The notes under the pieces were generated by a model. It worked only from the letters and a program-made list of their open reading frames with translations, made no database searches and was not told the DNA's origin. Positions 23,691-45,995 of a stretch of DNA of 64,000 bases are shown in pieces (position 1 is the stretch's first letter; the number at the start of each line of letters is the position of its first letter). The stretch is from Sminthopsis crassicaudata (Eukaryota), in assembly GCF_048593235.1 (NCBI RefSeq), contig NC_133619.1, forward strand, positions 649,366,558 through 649,430,557, given 5' to 3'. Position numbers and translations under genes: made by a program.

Positions 23691-26600
23691 TTATAGGAGG
23701 AAGGGGTTAGTGTTGGGGGGCGGGGGTCCCGGGGGCATCATGGGAGGCAGGCCGGGCCCCCCACCCAGGGGCGAGATGAAGGCCGCTGGGGCCCCAGGAC
23801 CGGGGGGCACGGGGCTGAGACGTAGCTGGTTCAGAGTGAGTGTGGCTGGAGGTGGAGGCTGGAAAGGGTTGGTGAGGGATGGGCCAGTGGTGGTGCCGGG
23901 GGCTCCTGAGGAGACAGCAGGGCGAGGGGTCACGGAGGGCAGAGGCGGGGCGGGGGGGGGGGAGGCCGGGACCCGCACGCCCCCAGGAGCCACTGGGGTG
24001 GGGGAGGGGGGCTGGAGGCCCCGCCCCCAGAGCCGCCCCCCTCCCTCACTCACCAGTGGGCAGGAAGGGGTTGGAGGCCTTGGGCCCCGGGGGGGCCGGC
24101 CCCGGCCGCGTCACCAGAGAGTCCAGGTCCACCAGGGCGGCATTGGGCCCCAGGAACGACTCTGGCGTCTTCCGAGTAGGGGGCGTGGGGGCCGGCGGCA
24201 CCGTTGGGGGGGGGCTCCCCACGGCTTCCGCCAGGGAGCCCCCCACCCCGCTGAGGTCAAACGCACCGGGGCTCCGCACAGGGACCTCTCCAGCCAGAAG
24301 CTCCAGCTCCCCTGGGGGCAGAATCAGACGTAGAGAAGGGGGGTCAGGCCCGGCCCGCGGCGCCCTCCCCGCCACCAGCCCAGGGCCGGGCCGGGACCTC
24401 ACCCGTGCTGCTGCCCGAGGCGGGCAGCGCGGTCCGGAGCCGGTCAAAGTCGGAGAACTCGTCGGGCTCTGCCTCGAAGGCCGCGGTCACTGCAGGGGCA
24501 GAGGGCACGCTGGAGCCGCTGGCCCGGGCCCAGCCCCCACCCCCCCCCGGGGACGTTCGGCCGGGCGGATACCTGGGGTGCCGTTGGTGCTGGGCTTGGC
24601 CGGGGAGCCCCCCCAGGGGTCTGAGAAGGCCGGCGCTGGTGCCCACGGGTCAGTGGTGGCGGCCGGGCCGCCGCCGGGGGCCCCGCCTGGGCCTGAGAAC
24701 AAGACCAGGGGAGTGTGCCGGGGGGCAGCACGGGGGTGGGGGTGCGGGGAAGGGAAGGCCCCCTGCTCCCACGCCCTCCTCCCCCAAGGGGAAACTCTTT
24801 AACTAGAAGAGGGGAACGGGGGCTCAAGGAGCCAGAACTTACCGTCAGCTCCCCCCCAGGGGTCTGGGGTTCCCCCCTCTCCAGCAGGGGGAGCCGGGGG
24901 GCCCCCCCAGGGGTCGGCTGCAGGGCCAGGGGGTGGGGCAGGTCTCCAGGGGTCCCCAGATGCAGGGGTGGGAGCCGGACCCCCCCAGGGGTCAGCTGAG
25001 GGAGGGATGGGGGGTACTGGGGGCCCCCCCCAAGGGTCTGAGGGAGGGACAGCTGCGAGGACGGGGCCACCCCAGGGATCAGAGGAGGGTGGGGGGGCGG
25101 GGGCCGTGAAGACGTCGGCCAGATCCATGAGCGACGACTGGGGAGAGAAGAGACGGGAGTTGAGAGACAGGGGGAGGGGGGGCGTGCCCTTCACAGGCCC
25201 CTCCCTCCCCAGGCCCCCTCACCTCCTCCTGGCCCCCGGTCTCCCTCTTGCTCTCCTCGATCGCCATCTGCAGCCTCAGGTCGTCGCCCCGGCGGATCCG
25301 CTCCTCCTGGGGGGCGGCGTGGGGGGGAGAGGGAGGGGAGAGGTCAGGAGCCGGCGGGTGGGGGCTCCCGAGCGGCCCCCAAGCACACGCTCGCCCCCCG
25401 CTGCCCAAGATCCCTCTGCCCCTAAAGGGGACCGGCAAACCAAGATGAGAGGGAGGTGGAATGAACCAGGGGCCGGGGGCGGGGGAGGGACGCGGCTCTG
25501 ACCTTGTCATGCTCCTCCCGGCTCAAACTAAGGGCCAGCTGGAGCTGGACGTCATCCTCGGGGCCACAGGGTGGGGGCTGGCAGGGTGGGGAGAGACAAC
25601 GTGAGGGGGGGCCGGGGGGAGGGCCGGGAGGCGAGATGGAGGACAGGCGGCCGAGCCCCGTGCAGCACCCCCCGGCGGGCGCCCGCCCCGCTACCTGGTC
25701 GGCCTCCTCCTTGCTCATGGCCAGCGCCAGCTGCAGCTGCAGCTCCTCCTCACCGCTGCTCTGCGGCCAGGCCTGCTCTGCCTCAGGGGGCGCCCCAGAG
25801 CCCACCGCCGCCGAGGACGCTGAGGAGACAGGGGCAGGGGGGCTCGTCTGCGCCCGTCGCGGGGCCTCCGAGAGCCGGGGCGCGAGGGGGCGGAGCCCGG
25901 CCAGCGCCCCGGGACCTGCAGCGGGCTCTGCCTGAGACCCCGAGGCCCTCGGAGGGAACCCCTCCCACCCTGAGGGGCAGAGAACCCCCACAGAGGGGAC
26001 CCCCACCCTGAGGGGCAGAGAACCCCCACAGAGGGGACCCCCACCCTGAGGGGCAGAGAACCCCCACAGAGGGGACCCCCCCACCCTGAGGAGCAGAGAA
26101 CCCCCACAGAGGGGACCCCCCCACCCTGAGGGGCAGAGAACCCCCACAGAGGGGACGCCCCACCCTGAGGAGCAGAGAACCCCCGCAGAGGGGACCCCCC
26201 CACCCTGAGGGGCAGAGAACCCCACAGAGGGGACGCCCCACCCTGAGGAGCAGAGAACCCCCGCAGAGGGGACCCCCCCACCCTGAGGGGCAGAGAACCC
26301 CACAGAGGGGACGCCCCACCCTGAGGAGCAGAGAACCCCCGCAGAGGGGACCCCCCCACCCTGAGGAGCAGAGAACCCCCGCAGAGGGGACCCCCCACCC
26401 TGAGGGGCAGAGAACCCCCGCAGAGGGGACCCCCCCACCCTGAGGGGCAGAGAACCCCACAGAGGGGACGCCCCACCCCCACCCCCGACCCCGAGGGGCA
26501 GAGCTGCCTCACCAGTGGCCGTCTGGGCCAGCTTCTCCTTGGTCTTGAGTGCGTGGGCGCGCTCCTCGCGCAGGCGGTCCTCGTCCCGCAGCAGGGCCAC

Positions 26601-28581
26601 CAGCTGCTTGGCCTTCTCGCGCACGTTGACGCCCTGGTCTTTGCCGTCCCTGTCCACGTACTGGAAGTCCTTCAGCGTCTGCACAGCGTACATGTTCTCC
26701 TTGCACTGCTGGGACACGCGCTCCGAGCCGGTCTTGATCAGGTACTCCATGAGTGTCATGGCCTGTGGGAGGAGACCGACAGTGGGGAGGAGGCCGCAGC
26801 GGGGAAGGAGGCCGAGGGGACGAGGAGGACGCAGGGGTGAGGAGGCCGAGGGGACGAGGAGGACGCAGGGGTGAGGAGGCCGAGGGGACGAGGAGGACAC
26901 AGGGGTGAGGAGGACACAGGGGTGAGGAGGCCGAGGGGACGAGGAGGACACAGGGGTGAGGAGGACACAGGGGTGAGGAGGCCGAGGGGACGAGGAGGCC
27001 GAGGGGACGAGGAGGACACGGGGGTGGAGGCCGAGGGGACGAGGAGGACGCAGGGGTGAGGAGGCCGAGGGGACGAGGAGGACGCAGGGGTGAGGAGGCC
27101 GAGGGGACGAGGAGGCCGAGGGGACGAGGAGGACGCAGGGGTGAGGAGGCCGAGGGGACGAGGAGGACAGGGGTGAGGAGGCCGAGGGGACGAGGAGGCC
27201 GAGGGGACGAGGAGGCCGAGGGGACGAGGAGGACGCAGGGGTGAGGAGGCCGAGGGGACGAGGAGGACAGGGGTGAGGAGGCCGAGGGGACGAGGAGGCC
27301 GAGGGGACGAGGAGGCCGTAGGGGTGAGGAGGCCGAGGGGACGAGGAGGACACAGGGGTGAGGAGGACGCAGGGGTGAGGAGGCCGAGGGGACGAGGAGG
27401 ACAGAGGGGACGAGGAGGCCGAGGAGGACACAGGGGTGAGGAGGACGAGGGGACGAGGAGGACGCAGGGGTGAGGAGGACACAGGGGTGAGGAGGCCGAG
27501 GGGACGAGGAGGCCGAGGGGACGAGGAGGACACGGGGGTGGAGGCCGAGGGGACGAGGAGGACGCAGGGGTGAGGAGGCCGAGGGGACGAGGAGGACGCA
27601 GGGGTGAGGAGGCCGAGGGGACGAGGAGGCCGAGGGGACGAGGAGGACGCAGGGGTGAGGAGGCCGAGGGGACGAGGAGGACAGGGGTGAGGAGGCCGAG
27701 GGGACGAGGAGGCCGAGGGGACGAGGAGGCCGAGGGGACGAGGAGGACGCAGGGGTGAGGAGGCCGAGGGGACGAGGAGGACAGGGGTGAGGAGGCCGAG
27801 GGGACGAGGAGGCCGAGGGGACGAGGAGGCCGTAGGGGTGAGGAGGCCGAGGGGACGAGGAGGACACAGGGGTGAGGAGGACGCAGGGGTGAGGAGGCCG
27901 AGGGGACGAGGAGGACAGAGGGGACGAGGAGGCTGAGGAGGACACAGGGGTGAGGAGGACGAGGGGACGAGGAGGACGCAGGGGTGAGGAGGCCGAGGGG
28001 ACGAGGAGGACGCAGGGGTGAGGAGGCCGAGGGGACGAGGAGGACAGAGGGGACGAGGAGGCCGAGGAGGACACAGGGGTGAGGAGGACGAGGGGACGAG
28101 GAGGACACAGGGGTGAGGAGGACGAGGGGACGAGGAGGACGCAGGGGTGAGGAGGCCGAGGGGACGAGGAGGACGCAGGGGCGAGGAGGCCGAGGGGACG
28201 AGGAGGACGCAGGGGTGAGGAGGCCGAGGGGACGAGGAGGCCGAGGGGACGAGGAGGCCGAGGGGACGAGGAGGCCGCAGGGGATGAGGAGGACAGGGGT
28301 GAGGAGGCCGGGCTGGTGGCTCCCCCCGCCCGCGCCCCCGGACGGCCCCTGACCTTGTAGACGTGCCTCCAGTTCTTGCCGTGGTCGTTGAGCCGCTTCC
28401 AGATCATGCTCATGATCTCCGAGAAGGCCACCACGTTGTAGGTGAGGTCGGCGATCTCGGACATGAGGGAGCTCGAGGGCCCCCAGGGGTCGTTGCTGGT
28501 GGCCTCCCGCACCTTGATCTCGGCCTCAGAGTAGTTGTGCACGATGTTCTTCATCTGCCGCCGCAGCGAGGAAGTCGACAT
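23691..28581 (-). CDS. EPN1: Epsin-1 (ENTH domain, UIMs, DPW repeats, NPF motifs); 10 coding exons, 578 aa
   Basis: Coding exons traced with GT-AG ends: 28581-28354, 26762-26513, 25819-25695, 25577-25503, 25306-25223, 25137-24843, 24692-24573, 24489-24403, 24311-24054, 23905-23691. They sum to 1737 nt. The translation begins MSTSSLRRQMKNIVHNYSEAEIKVREATSNDPW, contains the UIMs EEELQLQLALAMSKEE and multiple DPW motifs, and ends NTNPFLL*. Confidence 0.98.
25964..26476. repeat. 38-40 bp VNTR, 13 units, in EPN1 intron 3
   Basis: ACCCTGAGG starts at 25967, 26005, 26043, 26083, 26123, 26162, 26202, 26240, 26280, 26318, 26358, 26397 and 26437. Confidence 0.97.
26800..28312. repeat. ~1.5-kb compound minisatellite of 15-17 bp modules in EPN1 intron 2
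   Basis: Modules GAGGAGGCCGAGGGGAC, GAGGAGGACGCAGGGGT, GAGGAGGACACAGGGGT and GAGGAGGACAGGGGT in shuffled order (~90 modules). Confidence 0.97.
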
Positions 28582-29477
28582 GGCGGCGGCCGCTCCGGGC
28601 CCCCCAGGGCCGAGGGGGGCGAGGGGGGCCAGGGAAGGGGGGCAGGTCCGACCAGGGGGAGCCGGTCACCGCATCTGGGGGGCAGAGAAGCGCTGAGGCC
28701 GAGTCCTGGGGGCCCGGCCCCTTCCCAGCGCTGGGGGGGGGGGGAGGAGAAGCCAAAGGAAAACTGCCTGGGGCCGCGCCCCGCCCCCACCCCGCATACA
28801 GCAGGTGCCTAACGGAGCTCCGCAGCCCAGCCAGACCTCTCTGCTGAGCCCCTGCTGCGTGCGGGGCGGACCCACCGGCAGGGCTGAGGAAAGCCCCCAC
28901 GTCTCCAAACGAGAGGGAGTTCCCCAGGGGTCCTTCCCACTCCCGACCCTCCTCCCTTCCCCCACCCCGCCCGGCCCCAGCCGCTACAGCCCCTCCCTTC
29001 CCCCACCGCGGCCCGGCCCCAGCCCCCTCCCCCGGGCCTCCAAGCTTCGCCGCTGGAGGCTGCCCGCGGCCCACAGAGGTCCGGGGGCTGAGAGCGCGGC
29101 CAACAGGGAAGCTCGAGAAACAAAGAGACACGGGGGGCTCGTCAGAGACACCTGGGGGGGAGACGAGACCCTGGGGAGAGACAGGGAAGAGCCGCGGGGA
29201 ACAGACCTGCCGCGGGCCAGGAGAGGAGCCTGAGGGAGGGAGGCCAACAGAGGGACGCGGGGCGGGGACACGGGGCGGAGACGCGCGGGAGCCACGCACG
29301 GGGAGAGACGCCGGGCGGAGGGAGAGCCGGGGGGACACGAGACACCGAGAGAGCCGGAGGAGCCTGGGGGAGGCCCGGGCACGGGCGAAGCGGGGCCGTG
29401 AGGGCCGGCCGAGGGCCCGGCCAGGCCCGGGGAAGGGCAGCCCCGCCCGCCCCACCCCGCCCCCTGCGCTCGCTCAC

Positions 29478-29900
29478 CCCGGGGATCGTCGGGCTCCGGC
29501 TCCCGGGAGGGGGCGGGGGGCCGCCGCCGAGCTCAAGGGAAGCGGCCGGGAAGAGGAGGCCGGAAGCGGAAGTCGCGCCCCGTCCGCTTCCGGCTTCCCT
29601 CAGCTGGCCGCCCGCCGGGGCGGCCCTTCTCCGTCACTTCCTGTCCACGCCCCAGCCGCCGAGAGGAGAGAAGCTAGAGCGGCCCGCGCTAGGGGCGGGG
29701 GCCGAGGCTTCCGCCCAAAACGCCAAGCGGGAAAGCGCGCGGGGAACTGCGCACGGCCGGAAATGGCCAGGACCGCGTCCCTCGGAGAGACGGCCCCTCT
29801 CCTCCTCCCCCCCGCCCCCCGCCGCGAAATCGTGCCCCGACCCCTACCCCAAACATCCCCCCGGATCGGGCCCCAGCTGTAACCGCCCGGGGCCACCCCA
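29478..29900 (-). promoter_or_regulatory. EPN1: EPN1 CpG promoter and non-coding exon 1 (donor at 29478)
   Basis: Tandem ETS/GABPA-like CCGGAAGCGGAAGT at 29560-29573 and CCGCTTCCGGCTTCC at 29584-29598, plus GC boxes. Minus-strand donor GGG|GTGAGC at 29478. Acceptor into exon 2 at 28677-28675 (alternative at 28733-28731). Confidence 0.75.
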
Positions 29901-29987
29901 TTTTCCCACTCAAGTCCGCCCCTCCCCCCCGCGCTCCTGGACCCGAGTCAAGAGCAGACGCGCAGTAAAGTAAAATACAACAAAATG

Positions 29988-29993
29988 TTTAAT
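29988..29993 (-). terminator. U2AF2: U2AF2 polyadenylation signal ATTAAA
   Basis: TTTAAT on the plus strand, ~480 nt past the stop, followed on the sense strand by U/GU-rich ACATTTTGTTGTATTTTACTTTAC. Confidence 0.7.
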
Positions 29994-30474
29994 GAGCAAA
30001 TTCGTCTTTAGCAAATATGAAACTGCCGGGGCGGGGGCGGGGCGGCGGGGAGGGGGCGGGGCGGAGAGAAACAACATCTCTACTACATAAGAAACCATCA
30101 CGGGGAGGGGCGGGTCCCGGGAAGGGCGGGGGCGGGGAGGGCTTCGTGGTCCTGGGGGGGCGGAGGGCAAGGGTCAGGAGAACAAAATTGAAAAAAGTTT
30201 TGGCCGTAAAATATAAACACGCTATGTTGCTACCGCGAGGGGAGGAGGGGGGCCCACCCCCCCCCAGTGCCCTCCCCCCTCCCCCATCCCCCTGTGTGTG
30301 TGTGTGTGTCTGTGTGTCCGCACCCCAGCCCCTCCCCTGCCCGAGCTTCGGCCCCTCTGCCTTCTGCTGCCTCTGAGGGGCCTCTTCCTCCTCCTAGCGG
30401 GCCGAGGGAGGGGGAAGGGAGGGGGGGCCCCCAGCCGGCTCCGGCCCCCGACCCGGCCCCCTCCCCAGCTGCTT

Positions 30475-39319
<8,845 letters not shown>

Positions 39320-41396
39320 GCTGAGGGGCGGCCGGCCGCGGCCCGCGCTCGCGCCTTCTCCCCCGTCCCGTCCCCCCCGCCTGGCCCGGCCTGGCCTGCC
39401 TCGCCTGCCCTCGGCGCCGCCTCGCCCACTTCCGGCGCCTGCCTCGCCCGCTTCCGGCCCCCGCTCAGGCTCCGCCCCCGGCCCCGCCTCCTGCTCGCTC
39501 GAGGAGGAGCCCGACTCCCTTCGGCTTTTTCCGGAACGCTTCGGCCGCTTCCGCCCCCCGCCCCGCTTCGCCCGGCCGAACGGGGCGCGCGGCTTCTGCC
39601 TCAGCGGCTCCTGGGATCTGGGTGAGAAGAGCCTTGTCCTGTCGCGGCCCGCGAGGCCGCACAGGCCCTGCCGGAAGAGGCTCGAGTTTGCTCTGGAGAT
39701 CGAACGCGGACGAGCGCGTCGTATTCTCCTGCCGGCCCCTGCGACCGCGCGGCCCCCTCCGGCTTTCGGCTCTTTCCGGAGGCACTCGGGCCCGGTTTCG
39801 GCTCTTTCCGGAGGCGCTCCTCTGACTCCCGCCTCCCCGCTCCCAGCGTTTCGACTGCTTCCGGCTTGGGGCGCGGCTCTCGAGAGGAACCGAGGGCGCC
39901 GACTGGTAGGCCGCGGAGCGCCGCGCCGCCGTGGAGCCTGCCCGGGGGCGGGGCTTTTGTGCGCCTGTGCGAGCCGCCCCGCGAGGTCGAGCCGTACCTA
40001 AGTTACGTCTGCGCTGCTCGATGAACTGGGAACTCGGGCTACTGCGCTGGCGCAACGCCGTGCTAGCCAATGGGGAGAGAGGGCGAAGGCTACCCCTCCT
40101 TCCTCTCCGCCCTCACTCACCAGTACGCACGCGCACTTTATTCCTCTAAAGCCGACTGGTCCCGAGCCAGTTAAGACTGTTACCGCGTTTTCCTTCCCTT
40201 TGCGGTTACCTTAGAAACGAAGGCCCCACAGGAGCGGCGCCTGCGCCATAGCCTCGCGGCGGGCTAGGCGCTACCTGGAGTGGGGATGGCCTGAGAACTC
40301 GGCTTCCCGCTGCCCACTCCCCACCCCCCCCACACTCTCCCAGCCCCTCTCCCCGAGAGCCAGAAGCGAGGCCAAGGTTATTCCAAATCTGCTGGTTAAC
40401 TTTTAATTTAAACTCTGTGAATAATTAATTTCTGTTGATCCCGGGCGCCCCAGGGAGCTGCGGGGAGGGAGCCCCCCCTCGGTCCCCGCCCCCTCCCGGG
40501 AAGGGGGGGAGGACCGGCTCCCCCCGACGCTGGCAGCGGGAGGCCAAGCCCCCGAGACCCAGCGTGGAAAGGACTTATCCAGGGTCTCGCAGAAGGAAAC
40601 AGGCCTAAGGAAGGGAAGGGAAGGGAGTGGAGTCCTAGCCAGAGCAGTGAGGAGAAGCCGGGACTCTAAATGCACCCGAGCCCGGCCCCTGCAGAGACGC
40701 CTGGCATCTCGGTTTGCATTTGGGACAAGGAGATCCAATTCAGAATCAAGAAAACCAGGGCCGCGGGGTTGGGAAACTGAGGCTGATAGCATGGAGGATA
40801 ATATATACATACAGATACACCGGCTCCCTCGCCCCCTGGAACAGCATGTAAACACATCGCTCATGCAGACACACATATACACACACACACACACACATCC
40901 TTGCTGGGGGGGAGGGGGTGTTGAAGGGAGGAAGGGGAGGGGCAGAACCCCACCCAAGATCTGGGCCTTTGTGGGGCCTGCTCGGGCAAGGTACAGTGGT
41001 AAGTGAACTCTCGGTCCTGTGACATTAGAACCATTGGGCCATAAGGGCTTCCCCCATGAGAGCATAGGGCCCGAGCCAGCTGCTGTCTCTGGAGGACACC
41101 GCAAGAGCACAGGGAACAGGATTGTCGCTCGAAAAACTTGCTTCCAGGGGAAGCAGAGTCATGGAGAGGGACATTGGGAAGAGGAGGCAGCACCTGAAGG
41201 CTAACAGCTGGGGGATGGGGGTGGATCCAGGCAGGAGCAATGTGCTGATCTCTCCACGAAGGGATAGGGATAGGCCCCGGCTGCCTTGGGCATCCAGGCC
41301 CAAGAGCCTCCAGGCTGATGATGCGGGACGGTAGGGACAAAAGGCAGGTGACAGGTGGCAGCTGGCTCTGGGACAATTTGGGGACAGGAATCGGGA

Positions 41397-43522
<2,126 letters not shown>

Positions 43523-45045
43523 GACGCAGCCTCAGCCGTCCAGACCCCGGGTCCCGGCGCCTCAGGGGCCCTGCATGAGAGCAGCCACAGGTGAGCTGGG
43601 GGAAGGGGAGGGGCGGGGACTCGGACTCGGGAGCCCCCCGCGGGGGCACGGAGAGCGGCCCCGTCCGGACTGCACCACTCGGGACAGGGGGGAGCGATGG
43701 ACAGTTCCCACGCCAGTGCGGGCATCCCAACTCCCCCGCAGCCTCGATGCTCCACGCGACCCGTCCACACACGCGTGGACCTCCGGACCCCATTGTCCGA
43801 TGGTACTGGAGCCGCCTGCGCATGCGCCGTGGTAGGGGAGGGAGAAGGGGTGCGTCTCGCGTGGGGGGCTCCCTCCGCCCCCGCCCTTTGTCCCAAGGGG
43901 CCCCCCTGGCTCGCTTGGAGGTCGGGGACTCAGGATTGGACTAGGGGTCCGGCCGATCTCCCCTCCTCCTTACACCTTCCCCCCCCACACACACACACAC
44001 CCCGCCCACGGTCCCACGCTCACCCACCCGCGCAACGCGGACTCCGGCCCCGGGAGCAGTGGCGGCGCCCATTCCCAGCTCCGGGGATCGTCTGCAAAGT
44101 GCCACCGGCGCGGGGGGCGGAGGAAAGCTCCCCCCACCCAGCCCACGCCACGCCGCCCTCTCCCCCCGCGCGGGATCGGAGCGTGAGCACGCCCCCGCAC
44201 CGGGCGGAGCCAGCCACGCGCGCCAGAGGCTAGCGCCCTCCTTGGGCCCTGGGGGGCGGGTCTCGTGGGTCGCCACGGGAGGGACCCAGGGAGAGAGGAG
44301 AGGGACTTGCGCCACGGAACGAGTTGAGCACTTGTGTGACGGGCCCTAGCGGCCTCCGCTCCAAAGCGCCTCCCTCCATCCAACCCAGGGGCTGCGGCGA
44401 CTGCCCCGGGCAGGCAGGGAACTTCGGCAAATTCCTGAAGCCGTGACCTCCCGAAAGGACGGGGGGAAGGGGAAGGGGGGGAGGAGCCGGAGCCAGGGGC
44501 CGCAGAAAAATTCCGGGACTCCATGAAACGTCCAGGTACTGCGCAGCCCCTCCCAACTTCCCTCCAAATGGGCTTTAGGGTTCTGGTGGTTGGGACCCAA
44601 CCTCGGAGCTTTATGTCCGTCTCCCTCATTTTACAGAGGAGAAACTGAGGCCCAGAAAAGGGAGGAGACTCGTTTCAAGGTCACAGGGCATACTGTGGCC
44701 TTACTGGTGACATGGGAACCCCCTCCAGAGGTGGTGCCTTTCACTGCCCCATCCTACCTCCAGACCCGCAGATGGGTCATCTAAGAGCCGGAAGAAGTTG
44801 CCCCTTGTCCCCGGGCTGCGACGCTGCCCGACCTCCCAAGTAGAGATGGCTCTCTCTCCCTCCCCCGGGGCCACTGACCCACTTTGGGGTCCCCCCCAGC
44901 GCTGGACCCACGAGCCATTCAGCGGCACATCATTTCTAGAAGGATCTCGTTCAAATGTTCCCCTTCACCCGTTGTGTCTCTAGATCCAGAGCACCCAGTG
45001 TGCCGCCCAGAGGGAGCACCTAATAAATGCACCTTTACTTGTTCT

Positions 45046-45051
45046 TTTATT
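45046..45051 (-). terminator. Candidate poly(A) signal for the ZNF581-like gene (second candidate 45448-45453)
   Basis: TTTATT on the plus strand downstream of the stop at 45996; which site is used is not determined. Confidence 0.45.
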
Positions 45052-45995
45052 CCAAACAGATGTGACTCTCTGGGGGATGGAGCTTTGAACCCCAATTCCG
45101 ACTCCAAATCCCTTGGTCTCAGGTCCCCCAGGGCAGAGCTCATGAAAACTATTAAGGAGATTAAAGCCAGACCCCAAACCCGGTACCAAACTTCCACCGA
45201 AGATGCTGTTACCCACACAGAAGGATGGAACTCTAGATCCAGCCCAACCCCCTCCCCAATTTTCCGATCAGTAGAATAGTGGATAGCCACCGGAAGCCCT
45301 TTGGTTAAAGCCCGGGGGAAAGGGGAGCCCTTCCCAAGGCGCAGGGCTGCTGAGGGGTCCCACCCTTCCTCCACAGAAGGGACCACCCAGCTGGAAAAGA
45401 TTTTGGCAAACACCAATCCTGAGTCTCCTCACTGAAAACTCTTTGCATTTATTCTGCTCATTGGTTTGCAGCCCTTAGGGATGGGGTGGGGGCTTTGAAG
45501 AGACAGAGGAGACATCCCCATCTGCCCCCAGGGCAGTTCTAGGGGATCCCTGGCAGCCCAGGGCTTTCCTAGGTGGGGTGGGATTGATGCTCCCCTAGCT
45601 CTTAAGACCCTCCACAAATAGCCACCAGAAGACCTACAGCCAAGTGGGGCGACTGCTCAGATTCTTTCCACACCGAAGGCTTCCTCTAAGAAAAGAAGGG
45701 CCGGCCGTCCCCTCGAAGAGGCGCCTTGGAGGCCGGAGGCGCGCCTGTGTCCAGCAAGCTGGAGCTGGAAGGGACTTTAGAGGTCCATCTTAGTTCAACC
45801 CCCTCATGGCAGAAGGGAGGAACGTGGCCAGAGACATGACGGGTCCAGAGCCAGGATTCCAGGCTCGGGGCTCTTGCTTGGTGTATGTGCAGAGGTCCCG
45901 CCCTCGGCCCTGAACTTGAAGGAGATTATCCACGACCCAGCTCTCTGGTCCTTTCCCCTGGTGGGGGCCCACTAGGGGACACAGCCAGGCCCCCG

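Noticed and set aside
22160-25200. Numerous 100-300 aa ORFs on both strands across the GC-rich core (also 36000-48400)
   Set aside because: Expected stop depletion at very high GC. They are antisense or out-of-frame shadows of real exons, with Gly/Pro/Arg/Ala composition and no recognisable domains.
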